Counted from the first letter of the whole stretch, positions 51,521-63,987 are shown. The stretch is DNA of 63,987 nt, filler included, from Octopus bimaculoides (GCF_001194135.2; 4 parts of 4 records of this genome joined end to end with filler, not necessarily neighbours in it); one strand, 5' to 3'. Notes: generated from the letters alone by a model not told the origin. Made by a program: numbers and translations.

Positions 51521-51521
<1 letters not shown>
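50678..51521. mobile_element. fold-back mariner derivative made of two inverted 5' ends
   Basis: TA|cgtggtccgatcaataagtatccggg..ccggatacgtatttatcagacttcg|TG. The plus arm encodes MTEKVERRICIKFF..; the minus arm encodes the longer decayed N terminus (..YEWFRRF..ERFGRPAT..DKFVSKLLSAD..RVSVAQDLL). Confidence 0.8.
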
Positions 51522-51559
<38 letters not shown>

Positions 51560-52851
51560 NNNNNNNNNNNNNNNNNNNNNNNNNNNNNNNNNNNNNNNNN
51601 NNNNNNNNNNNNNNNNNNNNNNNNNNNNNNNNNNNNNNNNNNNNNNNNNNNNNNNNNNNNNNNNNNNNNNNNNNNNNNNNNNNNNNNNNNNNNNNNNNNN
51701 NNNNNNNNNNNNNNNNNNNNNNNNNNNNNNNNNNNNNNNNNNNNNNNNNNNNNNNNNNNNNNNNNNNNNNNNNNNNNNNNNNNNNNNNNNNNNNNNNNNN
51801 NNNNNNNNNNNNNNNNNNNNNNNNNNNNNNNNNNNNNNNNNNNNNNNNNNNNNNNNNNNNNNNNNNNNNNNNNNNNNNNNNNNNNNNNNNNNNNNNNNNN
51901 NNNNNNNNNNNNNNNNNNNNNNNNNNNNNNNNNNNNNNNNNNNNNNNNNNNNNNNNNNNNNNNNNNNNTATATATATATATACATATATATATAGGTGTG
52001 TGTGCGTGTGTGAGAGTGTGTGTTTATAAAAAATGGCGTATACACAGACTTATTTAATATATACATGTAAGTACATGCGTTTATGCATCGATGTCAATTT
52101 TGATAAATCTAAAGAGAAAAAGCAAGAAATAAACCACATTTTCCAAGGCTGTAGCTTAAAAAATCATAATTCAAAATCTGAAATATTATATTTCATCAAT
52201 CTTTTTTTTATATCTCATATTTCTTTTTTTTTTTTTTCCTTTGTTGTTTATCTAGAGAGGTTTGACCTTATGTGGAGTGATGAAAAGAAAGCAGCTTCTA
52301 ATTCTTGCTTCACTCATTTAGATATTCATTAATGAACTTAACCGTTCGCACACGATTTATGACATATTGTTTTTCCTGCTTTCTCATGAGTAGAATTTTA
52401 AATTAATATATATAGATTTCCTTTGAAAAAGCACTTGGGAAATTTCTCGCACGTGTACATGAATATACATGTTTGTATGTATGTATATATACACACATAC
52501 ACATATAGATGTGTGCGTGTGTGTGACTGTTTATATATATGTTTATATATGTACATATCCCTAACTAAATATATACATATATTTATTGCTATATATTTTA
52601 TGCTTTCATGCATATATAATATATAATATATATATCCACACCCACACACACATCTATATCTCTCCCTCTCTCCCCCCCTCTCTCTCTAAATATAATATAT
52701 ACACAAATATATGTACACAAACACGTTCACACAGACACAGACATACGCACATACACATACATGTACACGCTAAAACACTTAAAGAAATGTTCCAATTTCA
52801 GCGTACTCATTCTATCGATTTCGCTGTATAGGAGGTGTGTGTGGGGCGGGG

Positions 52852-53045
52852 GAGTTTTAAGGGTCTTGCGATAGGATTGGCTGGAGGTCCAAATTTCTGA
52901 GTTCTTTTACAGGGGTTTGAAAACCTGAAGGATTGCTGCAATTAATGTGTGAATCTGCGAGGGGAATATCTTGGATAACATCATAATTAGCAGATCCTCC
53001 TGTATTTTCTTTTACCCAAGCCGGGAACTTTTCAGCACACCCGCG
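52852..53045 (-). mobile_element. mariner-type MITE (family of 7686/7896)
   Basis: Reverse complement of 7896-8107 (..ctgagttcttttacaggg..gatcctcctgtattttcttttaccc aagccgggaacttttcagcacaccc). Confidence 0.75.
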
Positions 53046-55114
53046 TGTGTGTGTGTGTGTGTGTGAGTGCATGCGTGCGGACGTGCCTCTGCGCATGTGT
53101 GTGTGTGTGCGTGTGTGTAGTGTGTATGTTTGTGTGTGTGCCTGCGTGTGTTCATTTGTGCTCACATAAACCAGTATATCCTTTAAGGATTGAGAACCAG
53201 TGGTTCGAGACATTTTACACGTTGCAAATAAATCTATAGAGAAATAAATATCAGTACTTAGATATACACGCTACTCTGCCTTCAGCGAAATATTCCAAGT
53301 AAATATATGACCGATATATATATATATAAACAATGAACCACACAGCTGGAAGGTCTTCTTCGTTTTCGTTGTAGTGACCACCACCACCATCATCATTTGT
53401 AACTTTAACCATCTCCTTTGTTTGCTTTTCTCCTTTAACGTCTGTTTCAATATCTTTATATATATTTTTTAAATTGTATTACGCTCCCTCCACATCCCAC
53501 GATCATATTGGGTTACCTCCCCTATTTAATGCAGCATGACTCTTCAGAGCTTTCTTTCAAAACCGGTATAAGTGCATAAGTGCATATTTTCTCGATTTGA
53601 ACATAATCATTAAAACACAATCCGCAAGCTGCTGGCTTCAACCACGTGAAACTTTCTTCAATCAAACTGGAATAGATGCCATATAGACAGTAGACGAATC
53701 TTAGTCTTCCACTCAATATATCATATTGTTGTTTTAAACACTTACTCAAAAGTCATTCCGATACAAATATCTGGTTTTGAAAGTAACCTCTTCATATGTA
53801 TACATTATATTCAATCTAGAGTTTTTACGCATATTCTGAAATGAGATACATTACTATTGTCATTTTGTTTATAACATTTGATCAGTTCAAAACGTGCTCT
53901 TATATTTTAGTTCTTTCAATCACTCGCAAATTGCAATTCTTCCTCGAGAATCTCATTTATTAAACTGTCAAATACAAAAAAAGAAAAGAAAAAAAGAAAA
54001 AAAAGAAATCTCGTTAATTTTAGCAACATTTGGAACTAGATCTGTTAAGCATCAACATTTCTTGGAATAATTCGCTAGATTAAATTTATTTTAAAACTAA
54101 GAGATGACATGTCTATACTTGGTGGACTTTACGTACACATGGGGGAAAGTAAAGCAGTGTTTAGCTTTGTATATCTATCCGCTGCTTCTAAGTTCATGAA
54201 GAAGAAGAAGAAGAAATTATTAGTTACCGATTTGGTTTGTTTACTACACAGAACATGTGCTTCTTGTGAGCTGTTAGCGCTCTCCCTACTCTGGAAGGAT
54301 GGGGAGCTCAGAGAAAGGCGGTGTGATTGCGGAAGTTTGTAGAGTTCACGGAAGGTTGTGGGGTTTGCGGAATGTTATTTAGTTAGTAGAAGGTTGGGTA
54401 GTTCGTGAAAGATTATTGCGGTTAATATTTCGTTTGTTGAAATGCTGAAGCTTAGTTTAGTGGGTGCGTGGACTACACGTAGAGATTGTAGTTTCATTAA
54501 CAACTATTTCGAGTGACGAAGTACAAGTGAAGTAATTTGTGTTGTGTGTACAACAGTATACGGTGGCGTAGAACGAAAGAGAGAATATCTGTAGGTGCAG
54601 TTGCTTGATTGGATCATTGAGGAAAGCAGGAAATCGTAAAGCTTTGGGAAAATACGAATGATTCCGACATCATGTTCTATTTCCCTTAATTTAAAGATAA
54701 TGTGTTTATGCTCAAATGTAATGTAACTACTTTTGTTTACATACCGATAAAAGGAAGTACCAAAAAAGCCATAAAAATGCTAATTGGTTCATAACAATTT
54801 TTTAACATGGTGTTTGAGTGTGGTGAATGAATCGGAAAGAGAGGAGGACAAAAATGATTTATAGCATCTAATTTACTTTTTTTTTCTGTTCTTTTGTATT
54901 TTCTTATTTTCTATTTATTCTTTTGCGTTCAATTTCCACCATAGCCAAATTCTTTCAGTCGGTAAAATAATTACTTTTCCAGCCCAGAGTCAAAATATTA
55001 CACGTTGTGCAGTCTTGGGTCTGTGTTAGGAATATATAAAATATTTATAAATATTTCTTGTAGTTATCTTAATAATATCTATGAAAGGTAACGCTATTCA
55101 ATTAATATATTGGT

Positions 55115-55250
55115 TCCAATTTCTGGTATAGGCCCAAAAACTTCGAAGGAGGGGGCTAGTCGATTACATTGACTCCAGTGCTCAATTGGTACTTATTTTA
55201 TCGACACCTGAAAGGACGAGGGAAAAAAATCGGCCTCATCGGAATTTGCG
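55115..55250 (-). mobile_element. SINE family B 3' part
   Basis: ctagtcgattacattgactccagtgctcaattggtacttattttatcgac..gaaaggacga. Confidence 0.7.
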
Positions 55251-55666
55251 CTTCAGCTAAGTTATTAGACTCAAATATATCGTTTTCTGTCGGTCATTGA
55301 TCATGTATCCGCGTCGAGTTCATAATGGCTTTCATCAATTTATATTTTTCTTAAAGCAAATTATCTTAAAGCTGTAGCAGAAGAAAGGCAGGTTGGGGAT
55401 GAAGTTTAAGCGTTAAGGGAGGGTATCTTTCGAAATTATATCATTCGTTATACACAGATTACGTATCGTAAATTCGTAGTTGTGTTTGTATGTGTGTGTG
55501 GGTGGGTATATGTATTGCATAGACACTCACACACACACACACACACGCATACAAGTTTAATCCAGAAATGTCAGTCCCGTCATTTATGTATTAGACATAT
55601 TGATATCCAAACTTATAAATGTTAAGTGGTCTGATGATCTTGATTTGAAATATGAATATGTGTGTG

Positions 55667-55711
<45 letters not shown>

Positions 55712-55950
55712 GCATGTATATGCTAATATGTTCATATGAGTGGGGAGTGTATGTGTTTGCATGCAACACTTGAACCAACTTTGCATATGTCCCCTCTCGC
55801 CATTATATCTAGCTGTTCGACAAATATTGTTAGGTAAAACGGAGGAAGCAGAATAAAGAAGTTGCAGGATCTTCCACAAACTGGCCACAATCGGTTGGTC
55901 AAAATCAAACAAACAATAAAAGAAACGCACACACGTACACATGCCAAAGA

Positions 55951-56170
55951 CAGTGATGCCTCGACTATCGCGGCTGTTACGATCTAAAAACCCCGCGATA
56001 GATGAAAAACAACAAAGTAGAAACAGTACTGTATTTTTCTTTTATTTTATAATTTGTATATATCTATTTTATTATAAATACAAAAAAATAAAAAAACACT
56101 ACGGAGGTATCGACGTAAGCTTGAATAATAAACCGCGATAGATGAACCGCGATAATGTGTGGGATTACTG
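55951..56170. mobile_element. Tigger/pogo-type MITE
   Basis: CAGTGATGCCTCGACTATCGCGG..CCGCGATAATGTGTGGGATTACTG|TA; CAGT..ACTG termini, subterminal CCGCGATAG repeats, AT-rich core. Confidence 0.65.
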
Positions 56171-58084
56171 TATTTATATTTTCAGTGTTTTATGAACAAT
56201 AAGCATAGTGTAAATGCTGCATCTATAATTGATTGCGCGTTCGATTTCGTTCTATTGTTTTATCAGTCGATTGTTTTCTGAATAATATAGATGCTGTGTG
56301 TATAGTATAGATTATAAATATTTCGATTTCTTTCCAAGGTTAAAGTATTACACACAAAGACGCAAGTGGAATATATTGCAAATAATAATTTATTGAAACT
56401 CATATAATTAATAACAATATACGTGTGTGTGTTTGTACACACACACGCACACACACACACACATATGCATAAACATATATACATATATATAAACGTATGT
56501 GCACACAAACTTACATATATATATATATATANNNNNNNNNNNNNNNNNNNNNNNNNNNNNNNNNNNNNNNNNNNNNNNNNNNNNNNNNNNNNNNNNNNNN
56601 NNNNNNNNNNNNNNNNNNNNNNNNNNNNNNNNNNNNNNNNNNNNNNNNNNNNNNNNNNNNNNNNNNNNNNNNNNNNNNNNNNNNNNNNNNNNNNNNNNNN
56701 NNNNNNNNNNNNNNNNNNNNNNNNNNNNNNNNNNNNNNNNNNNNNNNNNNNNNNNNNNNNNNNNNNNNNNNNTATATATACATAATACAAATAATATGTG
56801 AGTATATGCATATATACGTACATGTGTGTACATACCTACATCTACATGTTATATAGATGCATATCTGGGTACAGGACGTCACAAAAAATCGTTGGCAAAA
56901 TGAAAAACAGAACATAAACAGAGTACAGAAAACACACAGGCCACATAAAGAACATTTTTTTCATCAGGCGCCACCATTCTAAAACTAAGCGTTTCGAAGA
57001 GTTATGGCAGGATGCATTGTTAGAATGGCTCTTCCCACGGAAACAAATTAAATTTNNNNNNNNNNAGGAATATCGTGGCGAACAGAAAACATGACAAGAA
57101 AACGAAACAGTGAAATTAAACAAGAAGGGCTAGTAAGGCCAGACGTGAAAAAATATATATGTATACTGAACCCTGTGATTATTCGAACTAGAAGGGAGAG
57201 AGAAGAAGTTTGTGCTGGCTTGACAGTAGCCAAGATAAGAAAGGAGGCAGAAGCCGAACACACGTGACCAGTGAGGGATAAGGAGAAACAATGGTAGAGA
57301 GAGCAAAAAAGTGGATGAAGTAGAATATAGCTGAGCAACGAGAGAGAAGGAGGAAGAGAGAGAGATATAGTAGTGAAGGGGAGAGGCGAAGAACAACAGA
57401 AAGAAGAACGAGAAGAGTAGAAAGATACAAATATATATATATATAATGATTAAATCCGTGGTTCTGTTGTTGTTTAGAATTCATTTATGCATGCGCAAGT
57501 TTGTAAGTAGATATGTAGTCGTGTCTCTTTTGGTGTTGCTATTAGCTTTAGTTATTTTAGAAACTTCGAAGACGCACAAACACACATACACGCACGCACA
57601 CACANNNNNNNNNNNNNNNNNNNNNNNNNNNNNNNNNNNNNNNNNNNNNNNNNNNNNNNNNNNNNNNNNNNNNNNNNNNNNNNNNNNNNNNNNNNNNNNN
57701 NNNNNNNNNNNNNNNNNNNNNNNNNNNNNNNNNNNNNNNNNNNNNNNNNNNNNNNNNNNNNNNNNNNNNNNNNNNNNNNNNTATATATATATATATATAT
57801 ATATATATTCTCACACACATATATGTATGTATTGTTTGATTTGTTTCAGTCACTGGTCTGCGGCCAAGCTGATGCACTGTTCTGAACGGTTGAGACGAGT
57901 TGTTCTCAACTGATGTCCGTATAACCCTTGAGATTCCAGATGACTTTTGTGGGTCCATATAAGATTATTTTGTTAAGATTTATGTAAAATCATTTGATTA
58001 AACTTCTACAATACAAAGAATATTTTAACAATATTTTTCTTAACAATTAATTCATAATATTCATTAATCCTTCCTTCTATATGC

Positions 58085-58230
58085 ACAAGGCCTATAGAAG
58101 CACTCAGCTGGTACCTTCTTATCGACCCCGAAAGGATGAAAGGCAAAGTCGACCCTAGGCTTATTTGAACTCAGAACTTAAAGACGGGAAAACGTAAAGA
58201 CGGGAAAACGTAAAGACGGGAGAAATGCTG
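58085..58230 (-). mobile_element. SINE family B
   Basis: ggtacc..atcgaccccgaaaggatgaaaggcaaagtcgacc..atttgaactcagaac; small triplication of aacgtaaagacggga. Confidence 0.75.
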
Positions 58231-58338
58231 AAGTAGTTGTATACTGTCAACTTAATGTGACAGTCCCCTGAAGGGAATAATATTACTGTTGGTTAGACCT
58301 AGGAAGCTGCACCGCTTCATGTCGGCCTTGACACATTA

Positions 58339-58623
58339 CCTGTGTCTTTATGTTTACAAGGGGGAGACAAGCACCTCCACCCAGCTAAGCCTGCATCCAG
58401 AGACATGTCTCTGAGTCTTTGCTCGTCATCAGTCTGGAGTAGCAGGACCTGCTAGTCGAAGATGCATGTCAAGCCTCTGTAAACATATAATAATTCTCGT
58501 GAAATACATTCACTGATTTCAAATTTAGAAATAATACGAGCAAAGACTCAGAAACATGTCTCTGGATGCAGGCTTAGCTGAGTGGAGGTGATTGTCTCCC
58601 CCTTGTAAACATAAGGACACAGG
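58339..58623. repeat. 88-bp inverted repeat (84/88), Penelope-like terminal repeat pair
   Basis: 58339-58426 versus 58536-58623; arms carry hammerhead elements. Confidence 0.8.
58397..58437 (-). ncRNA. hammerhead ribozyme motif with one core substitution
   Basis: Minus strand CCAGA-CUGAUGA-CGAG(CAAAGA)CUCA-GAGAC-AUGU-C-UCUGG. Perfect 5-bp stem I, palindromic ACAUGU stem III, GUC site. GAAA is GAGA here but intact in the other arm (58551-58560 GAAACATGTC). Confidence 0.55.
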
Positions 58624-59389
58624 GAATGCGTTGAAGGAAAGTGGAGTGATAATGATTGATAATAAGCACAACAACATAATGTGTTAATTAGGTTAAGTTT
58701 TATTTGTGAAATACAGTGGTTTTGCATTCGCTTCAGAAAGTGGTCTACGTCTGTGGTGGTAAGAGATGGTGGTGGGCGCTATGAATGTGGCCCAGATACC
58801 AAGGTGGCGGCATCTGGGCCACATCGACACCAGCACTTTTATCTTTGTGTCTGGTGCGAATTCTCTCATCCCTGCTGAATCGCTAAAGTAAGGAACATTA
58901 TGTAACTAAGACCGAATTCCATCTGAACCCAATATAAACAGTTAGGTGAGCATCTCAAATATATGCTTTATGCCATATGTCTACATATTTACGCATAAGT
59001 CTTGTCTAAGCGTGCATAGCTTTTTATCAGAATTTTGCCTATTATGTCAGCATATACTTATATCAAATTGACTACCTTAAAAAAAATCGCATAAGTATTT
59101 GCTGCTTTGCCAATTGATAAGACATATATGTCCCGCAATCATTCTTGCTGTAGCTATTGTTGTTTATGTATTGCACAAATAGCGTTACAATTACACAATA
59201 AGCTTTAGAGAAATATGTGTTTGTGTACATACATACATACATACATATTTACATATATGTATAAATATAGACAAACAGACGATACTGGTGTGATATTCTT
59301 ATCTATACAACTGCGTGTACGTGTAAACGCAAATATCATTATATAGATATACAGAGAGAGAGAAAAAGAGAGAGAGGCGGATGGGGAAG

Positions 59390-59435
<46 letters not shown>

Positions 59436-59676
59436 GGGAAGATTCATCTTTTGGTTCAAGTGTCTGTAGTGATAGTGTTGAGAAATGTATGTGTGTGTCT
59501 GTATTAAGTGAGAGGCAAAGAGGGTGATGCGTCACAAACCAGAAGTTCCTTTACAGACATATTTCGCAAAAAATTATAACAATAATTTATAACATCGTGT
59601 GTCTTATATTATCTCTCACTCTGTTTACTTCACATATAAAACTTATTAGATATTTCTCCGGCTTTTAAAACAGCAA

Positions 59677-59746
<70 letters not shown>

Positions 59747-60249
59747 TATTATGAGATGTAGCAGTCGGGTTTGAAACTAGACATTTAGATCAATTAACTG
59801 ACTTTCATTCTTTGTTAATTTACTGAGTTCGTGTCCTGTGTTCGCTATTAACCTCATGTGATAAAATATTTAGTCTGAAAATAGGATTCTCTGTCAGAAT
59901 AGTGAAGGAATTCAGACGAATCTGATATGAAAAAGAGTAGAAGAGTAATACAATATGGATGTCTAAATAACTTTCGCTTCCGACATAATTTCACTTGACG
60001 ATTTCAGATGGCATCTGATACTGATAGAAGCTTCTTTGAAGTACATGCAGATGTCTTATGAAATAATTCTTCAAGCTTTAGCACCAGTAAACATCTTGAA
60101 ACTATTAATAACTGTGCACTGCAAGAACATTTAACAAGTAGCAACGGCTATAATGCAGCTGCTACTGTCAACATACAGACAATGAGTTGTCGCTGAACTT
60201 TCTATGGATATACAGAGGATATAGAAAATGTGCCAGCGTGAAAGAGAAA

Positions 60250-60291
<42 letters not shown>

Positions 60292-61227
60292 NNNNNNNNN
60301 NNNNNNNNNNNNNNAGGGGGGGGAATAGACAGATAAAAGACTGAAATACAAACACGTTGGGAAAGAGTAGGATGTGAGTGTTAGAAAGAGTGAAAAAAAT
60401 TATAAACCCGTTGAACTTTAGCGGTTCCTCCATTTTTATCTGTTATAGATATACGGCGAATCGAACACAATTTTGGTCGATATTCTGTAAAAAGAAGTAA
60501 AAAAAAATAATAATAAACCAAAAAAAAAAAAGGAAAAAACTAAGATAACGAATAATCCAGAGATGAATAGAATTGAAATTATTCAATATTTGTGCATTCG
60601 CAGGATCTCAGTGATATTTAAGACTATAATCTGAGATAAAAATTTCGCTTTAATACGGCTTTTCTTGAGATTATTATTTCGCTGCCGTTGTATCTATAAC
60701 GTAGTTTTCTATAATTAATAACTAAGTACCCGACCTCATTTCTTTACACTAAATGAACATATATCTAGCATTTCTTTCAGATATATGATTATTTCAGATA
60801 TGTATTTCAGTTCCTTATTTTCATTCCTATTCTATTTCATTCCTTTCATTCGTATTGTATTAGTTTTTAATAATTTAAATAATTATAACANNNNNNNNNN
60901 NNNNNNNNNNNNNNNNNNNNNNNNNNNNNNNNNNNNNNNNNNNNNNNNNNNNNNNNNNNNNNNNNNNNNNNNNNNNNNNNNNNNNNNNNNNNNNNNNNNN
61001 NNNNNNNNNNNNNNNNNNNNNNNNNNNNNNNNNNNNNNNNNNNNNNNNNNNNNNNNNNNNNNNNNNNNNNNNNNNNNNNNNNNNNNNNNNNNNNNNNNNN
61101 NNNNNNNNNNNNNNNNNNNNNNNNNNNNNNNNNNNNNNNNNNNNNNNNNNNNNNNNNNNNNNNNNNNNNNNNNNNNNNNNNNNNNNNNNNNNNNNNNNNG
61201 TGTGTGTGTGTGTGTGTGTGTGTGAAA

Positions 61228-61330
61228 TAGGTGCTGGAGTGGCTCTATGGTAAGTAGCTTGCTTTCCAACCACATGGCCCCGGGTTCACTCCCACTGCGT
61301 GGCACCTTGGCAAGTGTTTTCTAGTATAGC
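61228..61330 (+). mobile_element. SINE family A 5' part
   Basis: taggtgctggagtggctctatggtaagtagcttgc..ccgggttcactcccactgcgtggcaccttggcaagtg. Confidence 0.75.
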
Positions 61331-61335
61331 TAATA

Positions 61336-61548
61336 AGGTGTTGAGCTGGCAGAATCGTAAGCATGCCGGACAAAGTGCTTAGCAGCATTTCATCCATTTC
61401 AACGTTCTGAGTTCAAATTCCACCGAGGTCGACTTTGCCTTTCGTCCTTTCCGACTCGATAAAACACATACCAGTGGAAATCAGATGTCGATATAATCGG
61501 CTTACCCTGTTCATATAAATTAATGGCCTAGTGCCAAAACTTGGAATC
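61336..61548 (+). mobile_element. SINE family B
   Basis: gagctggcagaatcgtaagc..ttctgagttcaaattccaccgaggtcgactttgcctttcgtcctttcc..ggcctagtgccaaaac. Confidence 0.8.
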
Positions 61549-62093
61549 TTTATTCTTTATTACTTTCTCAGCAGCATTTTGTTTTTGTTGTTGTTAATTA
61601 CGAAGATGATGTTTTATAGCCACAGTCCTGTTGCCATCAAAATTGCTACATTAAAGCAATCTCGCTGTGAGCAAATCGTGTTTACGTATGCAAAACGACA
61701 TTGGCCAGAACACTCATTCATTTTTCATACGCAAGTTATGATATGAGTGAGATTTAGTCGGAATATATATATAGCAAGTCAACTCAGTTTATAGAGAAGC
61801 CTCATTAGCTTGAAACATTTAATTAGTTGTTGGCACTAATCATTCAACATGAGATATATGAAATCTGTTCTGATAATATAGTGTAAACAATTAGTTACAT
61901 TGAAACATTTTACTACTTGTTATGTTGGTCGTAGTCTGTCGGTAAATTTCATTATATTATATGCTACTACTTTTCCTTTTGGATGTTTTATCTTTTATAT
62001 GTTATCACCTTCTTTCAGACGCTAGACTACAATATCTCCAAGTTATTTAGAGAATACGCCAGAAAATTTAAGTACAGAGCCAGGGTCACAATG

Positions 62094-62160
<67 letters not shown>

Positions 62161-62204
62161 NNNNNNNNNNNNNNNNNNNNNNNNNNNNNNNNNNNNNNNN
62201 NNNN

Positions 62205-62216
62205 TTAATTAATTAA
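62205..62216. other. artificial six-frame-stop scaffold linker
   Basis: TTAATTAATTAA between two 44-N runs. Confidence 0.9.
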
Positions 62217-62674
62217 NNNNNNNNNNNNNNNNNNNNNNNNNNNNNNNNNNNNNNNNNNNNCACACATACATATACACATACACAAATACACACACACATT
62301 CATACCTTCATATAACCATACATATATACATACATGCATGCAATATCAATATTAAGTGGAATTTTTGTCTGTAGTTTTGTTCATGGATGTTTAAATGGTT
62401 TTCTTTGAATAAAGTTTGAGTGTTGTCTCAACTAATTATTCATTTAATAAATGTAGCTTTAATGGAACACATTTGATCATAATTGATTCAAATCAACAAG
62501 AGACAAAGAAACCTTATGATGAAATCCCAGCATGACAGTATGGTGAAGAACTTTGCTTCTCAACCACATGGTTCCAGGTTCTGTGCTACTGAACAGCACT
62601 TTGGACAAATGTCTTCTACTATAGCCCCAGACTGACCAAAGAATGAATTTAATACGGAAGAAACTGAAAGATAC

Positions 62675-63002
62675 AGTGGTTGGAGTATCAGGTTTGCAAT
62701 CATGAGGCTGTGATTTTATTTCCTGGACGAGGTTGCCTGTTGTGTTCTTGAGCAAGACACTTAATTTCACATTGCTCCACTTCACTTAGCTGCAGATGTG
62801 AGTTGCAATGTCACTGGTGCCAAGTTGTGTCGGCCTTTGCTTTCCCTTGGACAACATTGGTTGTGCAGAAAGGGGAGATTGATATGCTTGGGTGACTGCT
62901 GATCTTCCACAAAAATAAACTTGCCTAGACTGGTGCCTTGGGGAAGAATATTCTTGATGCAATCTTATGGTCATTCGTGACTGAAGGGGGTCTTTACCCT
63001 TT
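62675..63002 (+). mobile_element. tRNA-derived SINE, CORE-like body + tail T3
   Basis: tgtgttcttgagcaagacacttaatttcacattgctccacttcacttagctg, then gagttgcaatgtcactggtgccaag..tgactgaagggggtctttacccttta. Confidence 0.65.
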
Positions 63003-63029
63003 ATGTGTGTGCTGGGGCAAGTGAAAGCG

Positions 63030-63500
63030 AAATCGCGATGGCACCTGTACCAGTGGAGCGCTAAGAGCACCATCCGAGCGTGATCATTGGCAGAGCAGCT
63101 GTCTGGCTTCCATGCCAGTGGCACGTAAATAGCACCATTAGACCGTAATCATTGCCAGCGTTGCCTCCCTGGCACTTGTACCGGTGACAAATGAAAAGAC
63201 ATTTGATCGAGGTCATTGCCAGTGCCGCTGGACTGGCTCCTGTGCAGGTGGCACATAAAATACACCATTTTGAGTGTGGCCGTTGCCAGTACCGCCTGAC
63301 TGGCCTTCGTGCTGGTGGCACATAAAAGCACCCACTACACTCATGGAGTGGTTGGCGTTAGGAAGGGCATCCAGCATCCAGCTGTAGAAACTCTGCCAAA
63401 TCAGATTGGAGCCTGGCGTAGCCATCTGGTTCGCCAGTCCTCAGTTAAATCGTCCAACCCATGCTAGTATGGAAAGCGGATGTCAGATGATGATGATGAT
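63030..63500 (+). mobile_element. non-LTR retroelement 3' region (RTE-like) with four internal 62-67 bp tandem units and (GAT)n tail
   Basis: Units gtggcac(g/a)taaa..gcacc..ttgccag..ctggc; then gttggcgttaggaagggcatccag..ccaacccatgctagtatggaaagcgga and (GAT)n. RTE assignment is recalled, not verified. Confidence 0.55.
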
Positions 63501-63501
63501 G

Positions 63502-63579
<78 letters not shown>

Positions 63580-63615
63580 ACACACATACATACATACATA
63601 TATATGTGCATAGAG

Positions 63616-63888
63616 AGTGCTTTTAAAAACAATAACACGACATACATTGGAGAAACATCTAGAAATATTGCCAAGATATTAAATGAAAACTTGAGGCAAT
63701 ATGATGAAAAAAAACAGTCCTCCATACTCTACCAAAATGCCAAAGACCAACTTGGAGGCGCACTGAGCCGACTTGACATATGCATTTTATCCAAGCACCC
63801 AAAGGACCCATCACTCAGACTAATAGAAGAGTACGTCCTCATAAATGAAACATCCCCTGTACTAAATAAGAAATACACAAAAAGGTAG
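63616..63888 (+). pseudogene. GIY-YIG endonuclease remnant of a Penelope-like retroelement
   Basis: ..[55 protein letters not shown] matches the YIGET..R..EH..S....H..L..E...I....P.LN pattern of PLE endonucleases, with catalytic R/H positions eroded. Confidence 0.75.
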
Positions 63889-63987
63889 TGATACCCCAAT
63901 ACCCATAAAATATATATACAAAAGTACATTTGCTAGTAGGCTGTTAGGTAGGTATATATATATATGTATGTATATATATATATATAT

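Noticed and set aside
54228-54700. First exon of the EGF gene (ATG TTC TGT..CG|GTAACT on minus)
   Set aside because: No signal peptide, phase 2 end, no homology, and separated from the EGF exon by a gap of unknown size.

Overview
Eukaryotic, AT-rich, microsatellite-saturated draft scaffold with many N gaps. The SINE and MITE repertoire looks like an octopus (coleoid cephalopod) genome; this is recognition from memory, not a search result. Only one protein-coding feature is solid: a 1440-bp minus-strand exon (35798-37237, phase 1-1) encoding 12 tandem Notch-type EGF repeats, with a candidate short terminal exon at 34085-34134. The rest is mostly mobile DNA. It includes several modular tRNA-derived SINE families (two with target-site duplications), a both-ends-intact Chapaev3-like DNA transposon (2336 bp, 13-bp TIRs, TAA TSD), decayed mariner (DD34D-type) and rosa-like (DD41D-spaced) transposases, mariner- and Tigger-type MITEs, two fold-back mariner derivatives, an RTE-like tail and a Penelope-type GIY-YIG remnant. 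The most interesting signal is a set of hammerhead-ribozyme motifs. One intact minimal type I hammerhead sits inside a tRNA-headed SINE (24330-24375), one lies in an inverted Penelope-like terminal repeat (58339-58623), and a degenerate family occurs in three copies. Together they suggest a Penelope-associated, ribozyme-bearing non-autonomous retroelement system. Three 44N-TTAATTAATTAA-44N spacers are assembly artefacts, so distances and order across them are uncertain. No CRISPR, rRNA or genuine tRNA gene is supported, and nearly all ORFs in the supplied track are microsatellite or gap artefacts.
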